NCBI GenBank assembly: GCA_024679065.1
Contig: JAGIQG010000019.1
Span: forward strand, 16,492,001 to 16,556,000
Length of the DNA: 64,000 nt
From: Sphyrna mokarran
Lineage: Eukaryota
Direction: 5' to 3'
Shown one piece after another: positions 53,501-61,104 of this stretch; position 1 is the stretch's first letter, and the number at the start of each line of letters is the position of its first letter. The notes beneath the pieces were generated by a model. It saw only the letters and a program-made list of their open reading frames with translations. It was not told where the DNA came from and did not search any database. A program made the translations under genes and the position numbers.

Positions 53501-53901
53501 GTTGTCATCCACTGATAGTGTAGACAGCCATATATCAAACTTGTATATCTATAAGCTCAAATTTACATTGTTTGAGATCTTATTTCTTTCTTTTAGAGAA
53601 TTGTTGTGTAACATTTAAATATATTGATATTTCTGATGTGTTTCACAATTGATATCACAGAGCTAACTTATATTCAAATAGCCATTTTATTTAAATATTA
53701 ACTTGACTGAATTCTTCCACTGTCATCTGATTACTTTTCAGATTTAATTCCACTTTAAATGGCATGCAACACCATTGTGAATGCTGCGTGGAACATGAAA
53801 TAGAAAGAAAAGTTGCAAACCTGGTATGCAAGAATGGAACAACTCAATCGTACTCCTATATTTCTGCGAAGTCCTGCACGTGTAAAAGCTGTAATAATTA
53901 A
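2474..53901 (+). CDS. Gel-forming mucin (MUC2/MUC5-family-like), 3' part. About 51 coding exons in the window: PTS micro-exons, then CysD-VWD-C8-TIL-VWC-CTCK. The 5' end lies upstream of the window.
   Basis: GT-AG exons chain in frame (one micro-exon has an AC acceptor). 38 Thr/Ser micro-exons give ~760 aa. 13 Cys-rich exons total 2003 nt, plus 1 nt carried over = 667 aa + TAA. Domain order is that of secreted polymeric mucins. Orthology cannot be resolved by eye. Confidence 0.92.
2790..2849 (+). CDS. Mucin PTS micro-exon B1 (60 nt)
   Basis: tttcag|...|gtgagt; ELTTTTVSPTTTGSTTGSTT. Confidence 0.85.
3617..3676 (+). CDS. Mucin PTS micro-exon C1 (60 nt)
   Basis: cttcag|...|gtaagt; ETSTTSTETTSTATTALSIP. 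Confidence 0.85.
3805..4225 (-). mobile_element. HE1-like V-SINE with a nested ~125-bp MITE (3921-4045, TTA target duplication); present in all 4 units
   Basis: tRNA-like head (reverse complement contains GGTTCAATTCC), V-domain and CR1-type tail; insert tgcctgaatttt...aaaactttggca flanked by TTA. Confidence 0.7.
4987..5049 (+). CDS. Mucin PTS micro-exon D1 (63 nt)
   Basis: ctttag|GAG (NAGNAG)...|gtgagt; GETISTTVPTTTSESTTGTTT. Confidence 0.85.
5290..5346 (+). CDS. Mucin PTS micro-exon E1 (57 nt)
   Basis: tttcag|...|gtgagt; ELTSTAVSPTTGSTTGSTT. Confidence 0.85.
6108..6173 (+). CDS. Mucin PTS micro-exon F1 (66 nt)
   Basis: ctccag|...|gtaagt; ETTTTASTETTSTATSTASSTS. Confidence 0.85.
6730..6786 (+). 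CDS. Mucin PTS micro-exon G1 (57 nt)
   Basis: ctgtag|...|gtgagg; ESTTTGTSSTTEMTASSTT. Confidence 0.82.
6931..6990 (+). CDS. Mucin PTS micro-exon H1 (60 nt)
   Basis: tttcag|...|gtgagt; GRTTATVSPTTTGSTGSSTT. Confidence 0.85.
8342..8404 (+). CDS. Mucin PTS micro-exon A2
   Basis: Copy of A1; AG/GT intact; 63 nt. Confidence 0.85.
8656..8715 (+). CDS. Mucin PTS micro-exon B2
   Basis: 60 nt; ELTTTTVPPTTTGSTTGSTT. Confidence 0.85.
9482..9541 (+). CDS. Mucin PTS micro-exon C2
   Basis: 60 nt; ETSTTSTETTSTVTTALSIP. Confidence 0.85.
10849..10911 (+). CDS. Mucin PTS micro-exon D2
   Basis: 63 nt; GETISTTVPTITSESTAHSTT. Confidence 0.85.
11153..11209 (+). CDS. Mucin PTS micro-exon E2
   Basis: 57 nt; copy of E1. 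Confidence 0.85.
11971..12036 (+). CDS. Mucin PTS micro-exon F2
   Basis: 66 nt; copy of F1. Confidence 0.85.
12593..12649 (+). CDS. Mucin PTS micro-exon G2
   Basis: 57 nt; donor gtaagg. Confidence 0.82.
12797..12856 (+). CDS. Mucin PTS micro-exon H2
   Basis: 60 nt; ERTIATVSPTTTGSIGSSTT. Confidence 0.85.
14208..14270 (+). CDS. Mucin PTS micro-exon A3
   Basis: 63 nt; AG/GT intact. Confidence 0.85.
14522..14581 (+). CDS. Mucin PTS micro-exon B3
   Basis: 60 nt; AG/GT intact. Confidence 0.85.
15349..15408 (+). CDS. Mucin PTS micro-exon C3
   Basis: 60 nt; AG/GT intact. Confidence 0.85.
16720..16782 (+). CDS. Mucin PTS micro-exon D3
   Basis: 63 nt; same sequence as D1. Confidence 0.85.
17023..17079 (+). 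CDS. Mucin PTS micro-exon E3
   Basis: 57 nt; AG/GT intact. Confidence 0.85.
17844..17909 (+). CDS. Mucin PTS micro-exon F3
   Basis: 66 nt; AG/GT intact. Confidence 0.85.
18466..18522 (+). other. PTS micro-exon G3 with mutated acceptor (AG to AC); skipped, or shortened to 18481-18522 via a cryptic CAG
   Basis: cttctgtac|AATCAAC here versus ctgtag|AATCAAC in G1, G2 and G4; in-frame CAG at 18478-18480. Confidence 0.75.
18672..18731 (+). CDS. Mucin PTS micro-exon H3
   Basis: 60 nt; AG/GT intact. Confidence 0.85.
20083..20145 (+). CDS. Mucin PTS micro-exon A4
   Basis: 63 nt; AG/GT intact. Confidence 0.85.
20397..20456 (+). CDS. Mucin PTS micro-exon B4
   Basis: 60 nt; AG/GT intact. Confidence 0.85.
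21224..21286 (+). CDS. Mucin PTS micro-exon C4
   Basis: 63 nt (+1 codon); ETSTTSTETTSTATSTALSTP. Confidence 0.85.
22578..22625 (+). CDS. Mucin PTS micro-exon D4
   Basis: 48 nt (in-frame shortened); GETISTTVPTTSESTT. Confidence 0.82.
22875..22922 (+). CDS. Mucin PTS micro-exon E4
   Basis: 48 nt; ELTSTTVSPTTTGSIT; donor A|gtgagt. Confidence 0.8.
23697..23762 (+). CDS. Mucin PTS micro-exon F4
   Basis: 66 nt; donor G|gtaaga. Confidence 0.85.
24315..24374 (+). CDS. Mucin PTS micro-exon G4
   Basis: 60 nt; ESTTTTGTRTITEMTASSTA. Confidence 0.82.
24520..24579 (+). CDS. Mucin PTS micro-exon H4
   Basis: 60 nt; AG/GT intact. Confidence 0.85.
25849..25911 (+). CDS. Mucin PTS micro-exon A5
   Basis: 63 nt; EQTTSTTVPTSTSESTARSTT. 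Confidence 0.85.
26155..26217 (+). CDS. Mucin PTS micro-exon B5
   Basis: 63 nt; ELTTTTVPPTTTIGSTTGSTT. Confidence 0.85.
26997..27059 (+). CDS. Mucin PTS micro-exon (diverged A/D type)
   Basis: 63 nt; EKTTSTTVPTTTSLSTASSTI. Confidence 0.85.
27286..27345 (+). CDS. Mucin PTS micro-exon (diverged B/E type)
   Basis: 60 nt; EVTTTTVPPITTGSTSGTTT; donor gtaagt. Confidence 0.85.
27563..27610 (+). CDS. Mucin PTS micro-exon (diverged)
   Basis: 48 nt; (K/E)ETTVTSRLTTASSTT; cag/aag NAGNAG acceptor. Confidence 0.8.
27873..27935 (+). CDS. Mucin PTS micro-exon (last of the array)
   Basis: 63 nt; EETTTVSLTTTTTGSTIGTTT. Confidence 0.82.
28091..29135. mobile_element. GC-rich non-autonomous DNA transposon (Harbinger-like MITE)
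   Basis: Begins with a GGGCGATTCTCC terminus like other MITEs in the window; G-rich interior; right end poorly defined. Confidence 0.5.
29300..30140 (-). mobile_element. Probable decayed transposon coding fragment (possibly a Harbinger accessory ORF)
   Basis: Broken minus-strand ORFs (29878..30135, 29272..29457) with no splice link to the mucin; family assignment from recall only. Confidence 0.25.
30363..30850 (-). mobile_element. CR1 LINE 3' fragment, degraded
   Basis: cataag-type tail, ggccatt..gcccatc, and an RT-end motif (tctctggaccctctccaa). Confidence 0.75.
31236..31618 (+). CDS. Mucin exon: CysD (WxxW) domain plus short PTS
   Basis: tttgcag|...AAG|gtaatc; AIPCNGIWSGWINNHTP...DYE...VTCDMQKGLVC...CMDYRIRVCC; phase 1-0; inside ORF 31199..31651. 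Confidence 0.93.
31831..32170 (+). mobile_element. HE1-like V-SINE, near full length
   Basis: gcacggtagcacagtgattagcact (A box), ggtttgattcc (B box), V-domain tgcgtgggtttcctctgggtgctctggtttcc, tail ttctatgattctatt. Confidence 0.88.
33745..34088 (+). mobile_element. Rex1/Babar-like LINE 3' end
   Basis: IAQSIMQTSLPS...IIKDPT...HSLFHLLPS peptide; aataaatcaaatcaaatca tail; paralogous to 56540-56980. Confidence 0.7.
34582..34753 (+). CDS. Mucin exon: Cys-rich segment preceding VWD
   Basis: CNETWREGCTTFTC...CEKPVKPIC...DGCCSTWDCN; phase 0-1. Confidence 0.92.
34849..35081 (+). CDS. Mucin exon: VWD N-terminal half
   Basis: [33 protein letters not shown]...; TFDG and NCTY VWD motifs; phase 1-0. Confidence 0.95.
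37356..37783 (+). mobile_element. V-SINE-core element related to 406-840 (no normal tRNA head)
   Basis: Shares ctgctcttggat...tagtgcttcacgtcgttagtgta, the V-domain and the gggccgaagggcctgtttc tail. Confidence 0.8.
38861..39044 (+). CDS. Mucin exon: VWD C-terminal half
   Basis: VTVNEV...FRIQVPEQYFLDNTQGQCG; phase 0-1. Confidence 0.94.
39177..39412 (+). mobile_element. Internally deleted HE1-like V-SINE inside an L2-like remnant
   Basis: agtggttagcac head; gactcgatgggccaaatg...ttctatggttcta tail. Confidence 0.65.
40169..40382 (+). CDS. Mucin exon: end of VWD and linker to C8
   Basis: GTCTRNKNDDCVRRNG...CCHKTALDWKIDDPKKPYC...MCDVISG; phase 1-2. Confidence 0.93.
40744..40857 (+). pseudogene. 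Decayed partial duplicate of the preceding exon (source ~40232-40350)
   Basis: actgttgtcacaaagctgcatttgac...catattgtcaagc...gtaccttgtgaggta...ccaccatgtgaat aligns to the exon sequence with indels; no splice sites seen. Confidence 0.85.
41222..41870 (-). mobile_element. Two adjacent CR1 3' fragments
   Basis: Repeated tail motif gaattccacag/cattcacc..tgggtgaagaaat; tgacccctggttct. Confidence 0.7.
42010..42235 (-). mobile_element. V-SINE remnant
   Basis: gacactaaggggcaatttagcatgg...gagcacctggaggaaac...tgcaaactccacacagac. Confidence 0.75.
42305..43720 (+). mobile_element. SacSINE1/DeuSINE-like element split by a CR1 insertion
   Basis: gggttcaaat B box; gaatttgaattcaataaa; aaaacccacctggtgcactaatg|ctttaaggaagaaaatctgc; gggcaactagggatgggcaataaatgc tail; related copy at 61105-61535. 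Confidence 0.7.
42503..43552 (-). mobile_element. Young 5'-truncated CR1 LINE
   Basis: ORF 42428..43633 carries GVPQGSVLGP, FADDTK and RPHLEYC; (tgttcta)n tail; CTTTAA target duplication at 42497-42502 and 43553-43558. Confidence 0.95.
43722..44050 (+). mobile_element. CR1 3' fragment, degraded
   Basis: KILRGINRVDVERMFL-like translation followed by a 3' tail. Confidence 0.65.
44150..44328 (+). CDS. Mucin exon: C8 domain
   Basis: NSFAVCR...YIKACQYDRC...DCANLEAAAMTCSAAGACVDWRGSTNGSC; phase 2-1. Confidence 0.95.
44400..45105 (-). mobile_element. Rex1/Babar-like LINE fragment
   Basis: ORF 44648..44869 CITAWYGSCSISDRRALQ; FKFLGVHI motif on the minus strand near 45010-45040. Confidence 0.7.
46436..47390 (-). 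mobile_element. Nested CR1 3' fragments
   Basis: ORFs 46271..46930 and 47022..47282 (YEERLSRLGLYSLEFRRLR); two tails (agaaacatagaaa, aagaacataagaa). Confidence 0.85.
47822..48060 (-). mobile_element. V-SINE variant with an L2-type tail
   Basis: agtcacaagtaggcttacatt..cactg..gaagttactgtgaaa tail, shared with 50272-50515 and 62845-63110. Confidence 0.7.
48273..48342 (+). CDS. Mucin exon: TIL domain part 1
   Basis: SLNCAEGFVYRACSRYNHNYCKDG; phase 1-2. Confidence 0.92.
48496..48602 (+). CDS. Mucin exon: TIL domain part 2
   Basis: VMKAGERFVERTEGCFCPSGMMLSENGTHCVPSCA; phase 2-1. Confidence 0.94.
48721..48752 (+). CDS. Mucin micro-exon: start of VWC-like module
   Basis: tttatag|...|gtgagt; RCKDSSGIIRK; 32 nt, phase 1-0. 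Confidence 0.88.
49236..49346 (+). CDS. Mucin exon: VWC-like module
   Basis: EGESWSHPNVTCVYYKCSNG...SCSIHQDCDE; phase 0-0. Confidence 0.9.
50272..50515 (-). mobile_element. V-SINE variant with an L2-type tail
   Basis: Same tail plus V-domain and tRNA-like head. Confidence 0.72.
51314..51365 (+). CDS. Mucin exon: end of VWC-like module
   Basis: SDRIWDENHCCYFCRVP (CCxxC motif); phase 0-1. Confidence 0.88.
51973..52078 (+). CDS. Mucin exon: C-terminal cystine knot part 1
   Basis: LGGCKVKSKQLEINKTDCLASVQVNYCEGSCNSFS (CxGxC); NAGNAG acceptor cagtag; phase 1-2. Confidence 0.93.
52177..52489 (+). mobile_element. Short CR1 3' end, near-identical to 42503-42812
   Basis: ORF 52180..52404 DSDSLFPRMEKASTRG...; same 3'UTR and tgttctatgttcta tail. 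Confidence 0.92.
53025..53320 (-). mobile_element. HE1-like V-SINE
   Basis: Tail atagaatccct..., V-domain, head gctaaccactg. Confidence 0.75.
53742..53901 (+). CDS. Mucin last coding exon: cystine knot part 2 and stop
   Basis: IFNSTLNGMQHHCECCVEHE...LVCKNG...SCTCKSCNN*; 11 Cys in the knot overall; TAA at 53899-53901. Confidence 0.95.
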
Positions 53902-53951
53902 AAAGTGTTGCATTCAGAACTAGTCAACTGAAATTGCTTGAAATTAAATAT

Positions 53952-54006
53952 AAGAAATAACTTGAAGTTGAGCTGAATTGAAATTCTCAACTTCAAGCTA
54001 TTTCTT
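53952..54006 (+). other. 3'UTR inverted repeat: 21-bp stem, 13-nt loop
   Basis: aagaaataacttgaagttgag / ctcaacttcaagctatttctt; 20 of 21 Watson-Crick pairs. Confidence 0.85.
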
Positions 54007-54143
54007 TTTCTTTACAGTGTCTATTTGATTTGCTTTTATTTGGTGGTAATAAGTTTCGATACACCATTTACCCATAACTACTCTGATAGTATGTCTTCTG
54101 TGTCTTGCAATTTTTTCACCTTTTAATGCATGGGGAAATAATT

Positions 54144-54149
54144 AATAAA
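54144..54149 (+). terminator. Polyadenylation signal AATAAA of the mucin gene
   Basis: Canonical AATAAA ~240 nt after the stop, with T/GT-rich sequence downstream. Confidence 0.7.
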
Positions 54150-55929
54150 GCATTTTTTGAATGAATGAATCTATAACTTGTATTTGTAATATTTTTCCTA
54201 ATGTTCTGAATTCATATGTACATGAAAGAAATAGGTCATTTGTGTACAATTTCCACACCCACTCTGAGCTCCCAACTATTTTGCCAGTCCTGTTGCTTAT
54301 TGTGATTTGTGCTGCTTTATTTTTAGAAAATCTGAAGTAAAAGTTACAGCCTTTTGACCCAGGCCTCCATTCTGGAATCTTCCCATCCAATAGTGATAGT
54401 AACACATACTAAATATTTCAACTCCCCTGGTACATTTCCTCTCATCTTGTATTAGCTGCAATTTTCTTTGATTCCCTGTGCTTCCAATCACAGTCCTCTG
54501 GTGGCATAGATTTTACAGCCTTTCCTGCTGCAGTATTGGGGCAGGTGAGACTCACAGAACAGAAATCTCTGTTGGTCTTGGGAAAAATTTTACAATCTCC
54601 CCCCAATGAGCTTGTAAAATCTAGCCCATAGTTACCAGGTGACCAAGGTAAGGAAATAAATATTCCAAGATGCACAAAATTTCGGAAACAAAGACAGAAT
54701 GGGGGGGAAAAAGGAGGGTTAGCTTGGATAGTAAAGGATGATATAATAACAGTATGGAGAAAGGATTGTGGCTCAGAAGATACTAGATACAGTAAAGGCA
54801 ATGAACCACGAGAATACCTCTGCTGTGACATTAAAGATTTGTGCTTCATAACTAGCTGCACCTCTTGTCAAGCTGTTTCAGTACAGCCACAATCTACCTT
54901 TGCCTTTTACACTACTGGTGTCTATCTGGCAAGATGGAAAGTGTATGTTGCATCCACAAAAAGCAAGACAAATACAATTTGGATATTTATCACACCATCA
55001 CTCTACTCTTAATCATCAGCAATATGATGTCACTTACAGTGCTATGAAAAATAAACCAATTATTAATCATTTTGGGTTATGCTAATGGTCAATTGCTTTA
55101 GGTGTTGCCTAAGAGTGAGTGTGACTGCCCAATTTTCCAGTCTATCTATATTCTGCTGTATTAAGGACAGAGAAATAGTAGATGGAATTTAATCCAGGTA
55201 AATGCGAAGTGATGCATTTTGCTAGAACTAGTGAGCTATACAATAAATGGCAGAAAAATCAGGACACATAGGACTTTGGTGTGCAGGTCCACTCACTTCA
55301 ACATTCCCACTGATGTACAGTGACAGCAGTTTGTACTATCTGCAAGAGGCACTGCAACAACTCACCCAAGGCTCCTTCAAACCCTGTGATCTCTACCCTC
55401 TAGAAGAACAGGGCAACAGATGCAAGGAAACACCACCACCTGCAAAATTTCCTCCAAATCACTCAGCATCCTAACTTGGAACTCATCACTATTCCTGCAT
55501 TCTCATTGGGTTGGCTCTCTCCCATCAGCACAATCGATGTACCTACATTATGGGAACAGCAGTGGTTCGAGAAGGTGGACCTCAGCTACCTTCTCAAAGA
55601 CAATCAGTGAAGGGGAATATATATAATCGTCTAGCCAATACGCTCACATCCTATAAAAGAATAGAAATGAGGTCAACTTTAAGGCCACACTCTCCATCAG
55701 TGCAAATGGCATTGATAATTCAGCAAGTTTCCTAGTTCTGGTCTTACCAATTGGAGGGGTGTGAAACACACCGTGGCATCCCAGGAAGTTCATTTGAATA
55801 TGTTAACATGTCATTAGCAAGCACTCTCTCTGGATATTGACAGTGTACTGATTCTCAGCTGGTGCCAGCATGACTACGCAGGTGCCTTTTAAAACAGTAC
55901 TACAGGAAGCTGGTGCCTTCCCCTCTGGA

Positions 55930-56535
55930 GGTGAGCATTCAAACAGCCAGCACGATCTATGGTGTGCACTGCCAATGCAAACTGAAGGAATCAGTTTCTC
56001 ATCTTCCAAGAAGGCACTGGCAGCCTTCCAGTCTCAACATTGTTCAGATGATTTCTTCTACCCCACCTCAATCTATTTGTTTTCATTCTATTTTTTTTAG
56101 CTGTTCTCTACTTTTTATTTCCTTTATTGTTTTTCTTCCCCTCCATTTTATCCTTCTTTCCTTACCTTTGCTTCCCCTTTTTCTCCATTTTATCTCTCTC
56201 CCACCCACCTCCCTCTCTCCCCACATCTTCATCTGTCGCAGCTTACCTTCTGATTTTAGATTCTCTGCTGTGCGGCCATTCACATCCTTTATTCCCTCTA
56301 TGGACTGCCATTAGTAGTCTTTCCCCATGGTTTCTGTGGCTATAATTCATCTTTCATTCCCTCACCCTGCAGTATAAATATCTCCCACTTTCCTATGCCT
56401 TTGAGCTTTGACAAAAAGTTTCCAGGTCCAGATGACATCAGCTCTTTTCTCTCCTTGCAGATGCTGTGGACCTGCTGAGATTTTCTACTATTTTCTCTTT
56501 TGGTTTCAGATTCCAGTGTCTGCAGTAATTTGATT
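55930..56535 (+). mobile_element. Penelope-like element terminal region (probable)
   Basis: Pyrimidine-rich tract, cagtataaata, then cagatgctg..gacctgctgag..ttttc...tttcagattccag..tctgcagta, recalled as typical of elasmobranch Penelope ends. Confidence 0.5.
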
Positions 56536-56539
56536 TCAT

Positions 56540-56980
56540 TGGCATGGCTCCTGCTCTGCCCAAGACTGCAAGAAACTACAAAAAGTTGGGAACATAGCCC
56601 AATCCATCATGCAAACTAGCCTCCCATCCATTGATTCTGCCTACACTTCCCGCTGCCTTGGCAAAGTAGTCAGCATAATCAAGGACCCCATGCATTCAGA
56701 GTATACCTCTCTTCCACCTTTTTCCATCGGGGAAAAGATACAAAAGGCTGAGGTCACGTACCAACTAACTCAAAAGTTTCTTCCTTGCTGCCAGACTTCT
56801 GAATGGGTGTACCTTGCTGTAAATTGATCTTTCTCTCACCCTAGCTATATCTGTAACACTACATTCTGCACTCTTATTTCCTCCTCTATGAATGGTATAC
56901 TTTGTCAGTATAGCACACAAGAAACAACACTTTTCATTTTATACTAATACATGTGACAATAATAAATCAGATCAAATCAA
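56540..56980 (+). mobile_element. Rex1/Babar-like LINE 3' end
   Basis: ORF 56609..56827; aataaatcagatcaaatcaaa tail; paralog of 33745-34088. Confidence 0.72.
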
Positions 56981-57929
56981 ATAGTTGAAATGGGAGATTT
57001 GAAGGTAAAAATAGGAAAGGGGAAACATATGAATGCTATGGAAAATTTGACTTCGATGAACAAAATGAGAGAGGAGAAAAATTGATGGATCAGCTCAGCG
57101 CTTGTTGTGATGACATGCGTTTGGCATTGTGGGAAAGAATGCCTTAAGTGATATTGTCCCAAAGAAAACAATACAGAAACACAATGGATTATATTTTGAT
57201 GCAGATACATGACAGCAGATTGTGGATTTGGACATCAGCTTGAACGGACCAAGATTCAAGGCATGTGTTGGAGACACACACGCAAAGAGAAACTCGCTCC
57301 AATTATAGGTAGGCTGTTTATTTAAGAACGCCAATATATCGCAACAAATCTTACAATGGAACATGGTTTCAAGCAGAGATGCAAAATAATTTGACAAAGG
57401 TTCTCATTTGGCATAAAACTGCATTGGATGAAGTGTAGCCAAAAACTAAGACTGGCAGGAAGCTCTGAATCAAAGCCAAGCATCTGACAGTGATAGAAAA
57501 GAACCTGATGGCAAAAGAGAGTGGATTACAAGATCTCTGTACAGAAGAGAAAAATACTCAGACATGAAACTAAATGAAATGAACTCAGCTGAAAAAAAAG
57601 ACAGCAACAGCAGACAATACAAGTGATAGTTAGTCCAAAGAAATATACACAGTTGTCAGAGTTCTGACAATAAGGGGGGCAGGTGGGAATATCATCCAAG
57701 AGATTGATCAGATAAAAAGAATGGTGACAGCAATCCTACACCCAGTTCTATGGTTCAGGTACAGATGCAGCGTGTAACTAAGGAGGGGATGGAACCAGAA
57801 GTGCTGACTCATAAAACTGTAAATGTAGGTCAGTGGCTGAAGAATGGCAGAGTGGCTTAGATGATTTACCTGCTGAAACTCTGAAGACTAGAAGAGTCAC
57901 AACAGTCAAAGATATGAAATAAATCATTA

Positions 57930-58215
57930 GTGGCATAGTGGCATATTGGTTAGCACTGCTGCCTCACAGCGCCAGGCACCCAGGCTCGCTTTCTGGCTTG
58001 GGTCACTGTCTGTGTGGAGTTTGCATGTTCTCCCTGTATCTAAGTGAATTTTCTCTGGATGCTCCGGTTTCCACGCAGTCCAAAGATGTGTGGGTTAGGT
58101 GAATTGGCCATGCTAAGTTACCCTTTAGTGTCAAAGGGGACTATTTAGGATAAATTCATGGGGTTATGGGGATAGGACCTGGGTAGAGTTTATGATTGGT
58201 GCAGACTCAGTGGGA
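57930..58215 (+). mobile_element. HE1-like V-SINE
   Basis: ggttagcactgctgcctcacagcgccagg...gggtcactgtctgtgtggagtttgcatgttctccc. Confidence 0.82.
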
Positions 58216-58514
58216 CAATTGCACTGTTGCAGTGGAATAGGGGCAGATAATTGGGTAATTTCAGAGCCTCATGCTGTTACTGAAGGTGTACAATAGCCAA
58301 AACCGCTCAAAACATCAAACAATTAGTCTGACGAGCCAAGCTTCAAAAGTGCTTCCAGAAATTATAAGACAAAGACGTTAAGTTCAGATCGGAAATGTGT
58401 GAGGAACATTTCAATTTCACTGCAGGCATGAGGATACCAAACAACACATCATGATTGAGAAGTACGTCGAAAAGTAAAATGACAAGGATTGCTGGCTACT
58501 CTTTGCAAGTCTTT

Positions 58515-60116
58515 GGGCCCAATTTTACTATTTTTATTCTAAGTGCCGATTCCAGGTGTAGTACAGGTCCGATTTAGAAATCTGTTTTCAAGCACCCCCA
58601 TACGCTCCCAGCCAACTCTAGTCTGATTTGCGCTGTGGGTGGGACTTATTGCTACCAGAAGGTCTGAACTGCACACGCACAGTTAGAAAAAAATTGGAAA
58701 AAAACGAGCCAGTATCAGATCGCTCCCAAGCCACAGAAAGCGGAGAAAGCAGCCCAGCGAAAAGCGAGAGCGAGGGCGGGGTGGGGTGCTGGGAGGAAGG
58801 TGGATAAGAGGTGTCTCAGGGGGATGGACCGATGGATCTCAAAGGAGAGGGGCAGAGGGATCTGCTGCCAATCATTGGTGGGGGGTGGGGGGGTGTGGTG
58901 TGGGGCAGGGCTGACGATCGGTCTGGGTCGTGTGAGGGTGGAGGATGGATAAGAGGGGGTGGTGATGTATGTAGGTAATGTGGGTGGTGGGTAAGGGGGA
59001 GACACATGCATCACTGCCTCCCTTATTCCCCCCCCCCCCCCAGCCGATCGCCACTCCTGCCCCTCTTTCCCCCTCCCATGGATGGCCTTGCAGAGTGGCA
59101 GCAGATCCCGTCCCTTCCCCCACCCCCGCAAGAGATCCAATTGACGCCCTCCCCCTCCCCCCATGAAGACAACAATCTGGCCTCACTCCCCCCTCCACAA
59201 CAACGAACTTGCTTCACTCTCCTCCCCAAGAATGGTATGTCCTTACACTCCTTCCCCTTCAGAAGAACATCTGACCCTCCTCCTTCCCCCCCCCCCCCCC
59301 ACCCCACCACCAGACAACGATCAGCCCTCCCACCCCCAGAAATTATCTGACCTCACTCCCTTCCTCCCCCGCCACCACCAGACAAAGATCAGCCCTCCCC
59401 CCCAGAGATATATCTGACCTGCCTTCTCAACCAGACAACGATCTGACCTGACTCCTCTCCTTCCCCTTCCAACCAGAGAATAATCTGACCAGCCTCCATC
59501 CCCAACCCCAATACTGATCTGAGTCAGAGAAACACTGAACACACTCTTCAGAGGCTGGAGCATCTGACTCAGACTTTTATTCAGCAGGTCCCTAAGAGCG
59601 CAGTTCCAGATTGGTAAATGTGGTGGTAAAGGGGGAAATGTTGATAGAGTTCGGTGGGCAGTTCATTAATTCAATTTAAATGCATGCAAATTCCATTCGT
59701 GGCTCTGGATAAAGTGGGGATCAGTGCAGACTTGGATGCAGATCACGATAAAGACCTTACACCCAACTTTACCACGATTTCGCACCCGAAAACGACAGCT
59801 CAGTGACTATCGCTGTGCTGTGCAGATACATGGATTTGGGCCTGTGTCTATGGGAGTTTGCGCATTCTCCCCATGCTTACGTGGGTTTTCTCTGGGCGCT
59901 CCGGTTTCCTCCCACATCCCAAAGATGTGCTCTTAGGCTAAGTGGCAAAACAAATTCTCCCTAAATTGCCTCAAATTTGGTTTTTAATCCATAGATCTAT
60001 AAACATGGACAGGGATCGTGGGTAGAAGTGGGAACATCGGGATGGCGGCGTGGGCTCGTTGGGCCAAAGGGCCTGTTTCCCGTGCTGTTTTGTTCTTTGT
60101 TCATAAAATCAGGCCC
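58515..60116. mobile_element. Harbinger-like non-autonomous DNA transposon with a V-SINE-core element (59791-60102) inserted at its right end
   Basis: Termini gggcccaattttac ... ataaaatcaggccc (imperfect TIRs); 3-bp TTT duplication at 58512-58514 and 60117-60119. Confidence 0.65.
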
Positions 60117-61104
60117 TTTGAGTCAACCATGCAGAGCAATAGAGAACCCTAGGTGGGTTTGGAGTAATGCATCACCTGAGTTCTCTCAAGCAGAGGCTTT
60201 ACTAACTGGCTAAAGGTGTGGTGTGTGAACGTAGAGTTAAAACAGAGGCATTCTGTTTTGGCAAAAGAGTCAGACAAGGATGCCAGCTTTCACAACTACT
60301 GTTCGTGCCAGGTACATCCCGGGCTGATAAATGCTTTCCCACCAACCATAATTGAGTCCACTGTCAAATAAACAAACTACTAATCCCTTAGTTAAGCCTT
60401 CTGATTGCACAGAGGTTTGAAATACGCCTTTAAACTCGCCCATTAAGCAAATATGCCAAATAATTTCACAGAAAAGAGCTTCTTACATCCTTCTTCCTTA
60501 CCTTTGCCTCACATGTCTGATCAGGATGTCTTTCATTTGACTTTCATTCTGCACCAAAACCCCTAACATCTGGATATTGTTTCTTAAATATTTCTTTCAC
60601 CTGTGTAACTGAAGTGCTGACACAGTGCCAGAAAATTTCTAAATATTTGGCTACATGTTATGCACAGTACACAAGCAAGGAAATTATGCTGAATTATTAA
60701 ATGTTAGGTTTTTTTTTAGAACATACTCCTCCATCGTTAGAATGTTTAAGCAATAAACTATTTCTCTTCTGCATTGAAAAAAATGTGGAAAACAATCTCA
60801 AGTCTATTTTTTTCCTGTTGACTCTCTGAAGTTTTAAGTTTGTTAAATTTGTGGTGAAAGCAAATCCTTTTGTAATTGTTGAATGTCTATATAATGCATT
60901 CAAATTACAAAAAAGGTTTTCCAATGCTATAAACTTTGCCTCTTGACCATATCTTCACATGTTCACTCATCCAATTGAGTCATGGAAAATAAGTTCAAGA
61001 AACATCCAACACGAAACTTCCTATTGACAAGTTAATGTGAATACTATGTAATCAATAGGAATATTAATGATTGCATAAAATAATTAGTTAAGTGCACTAA
61101 AAAG

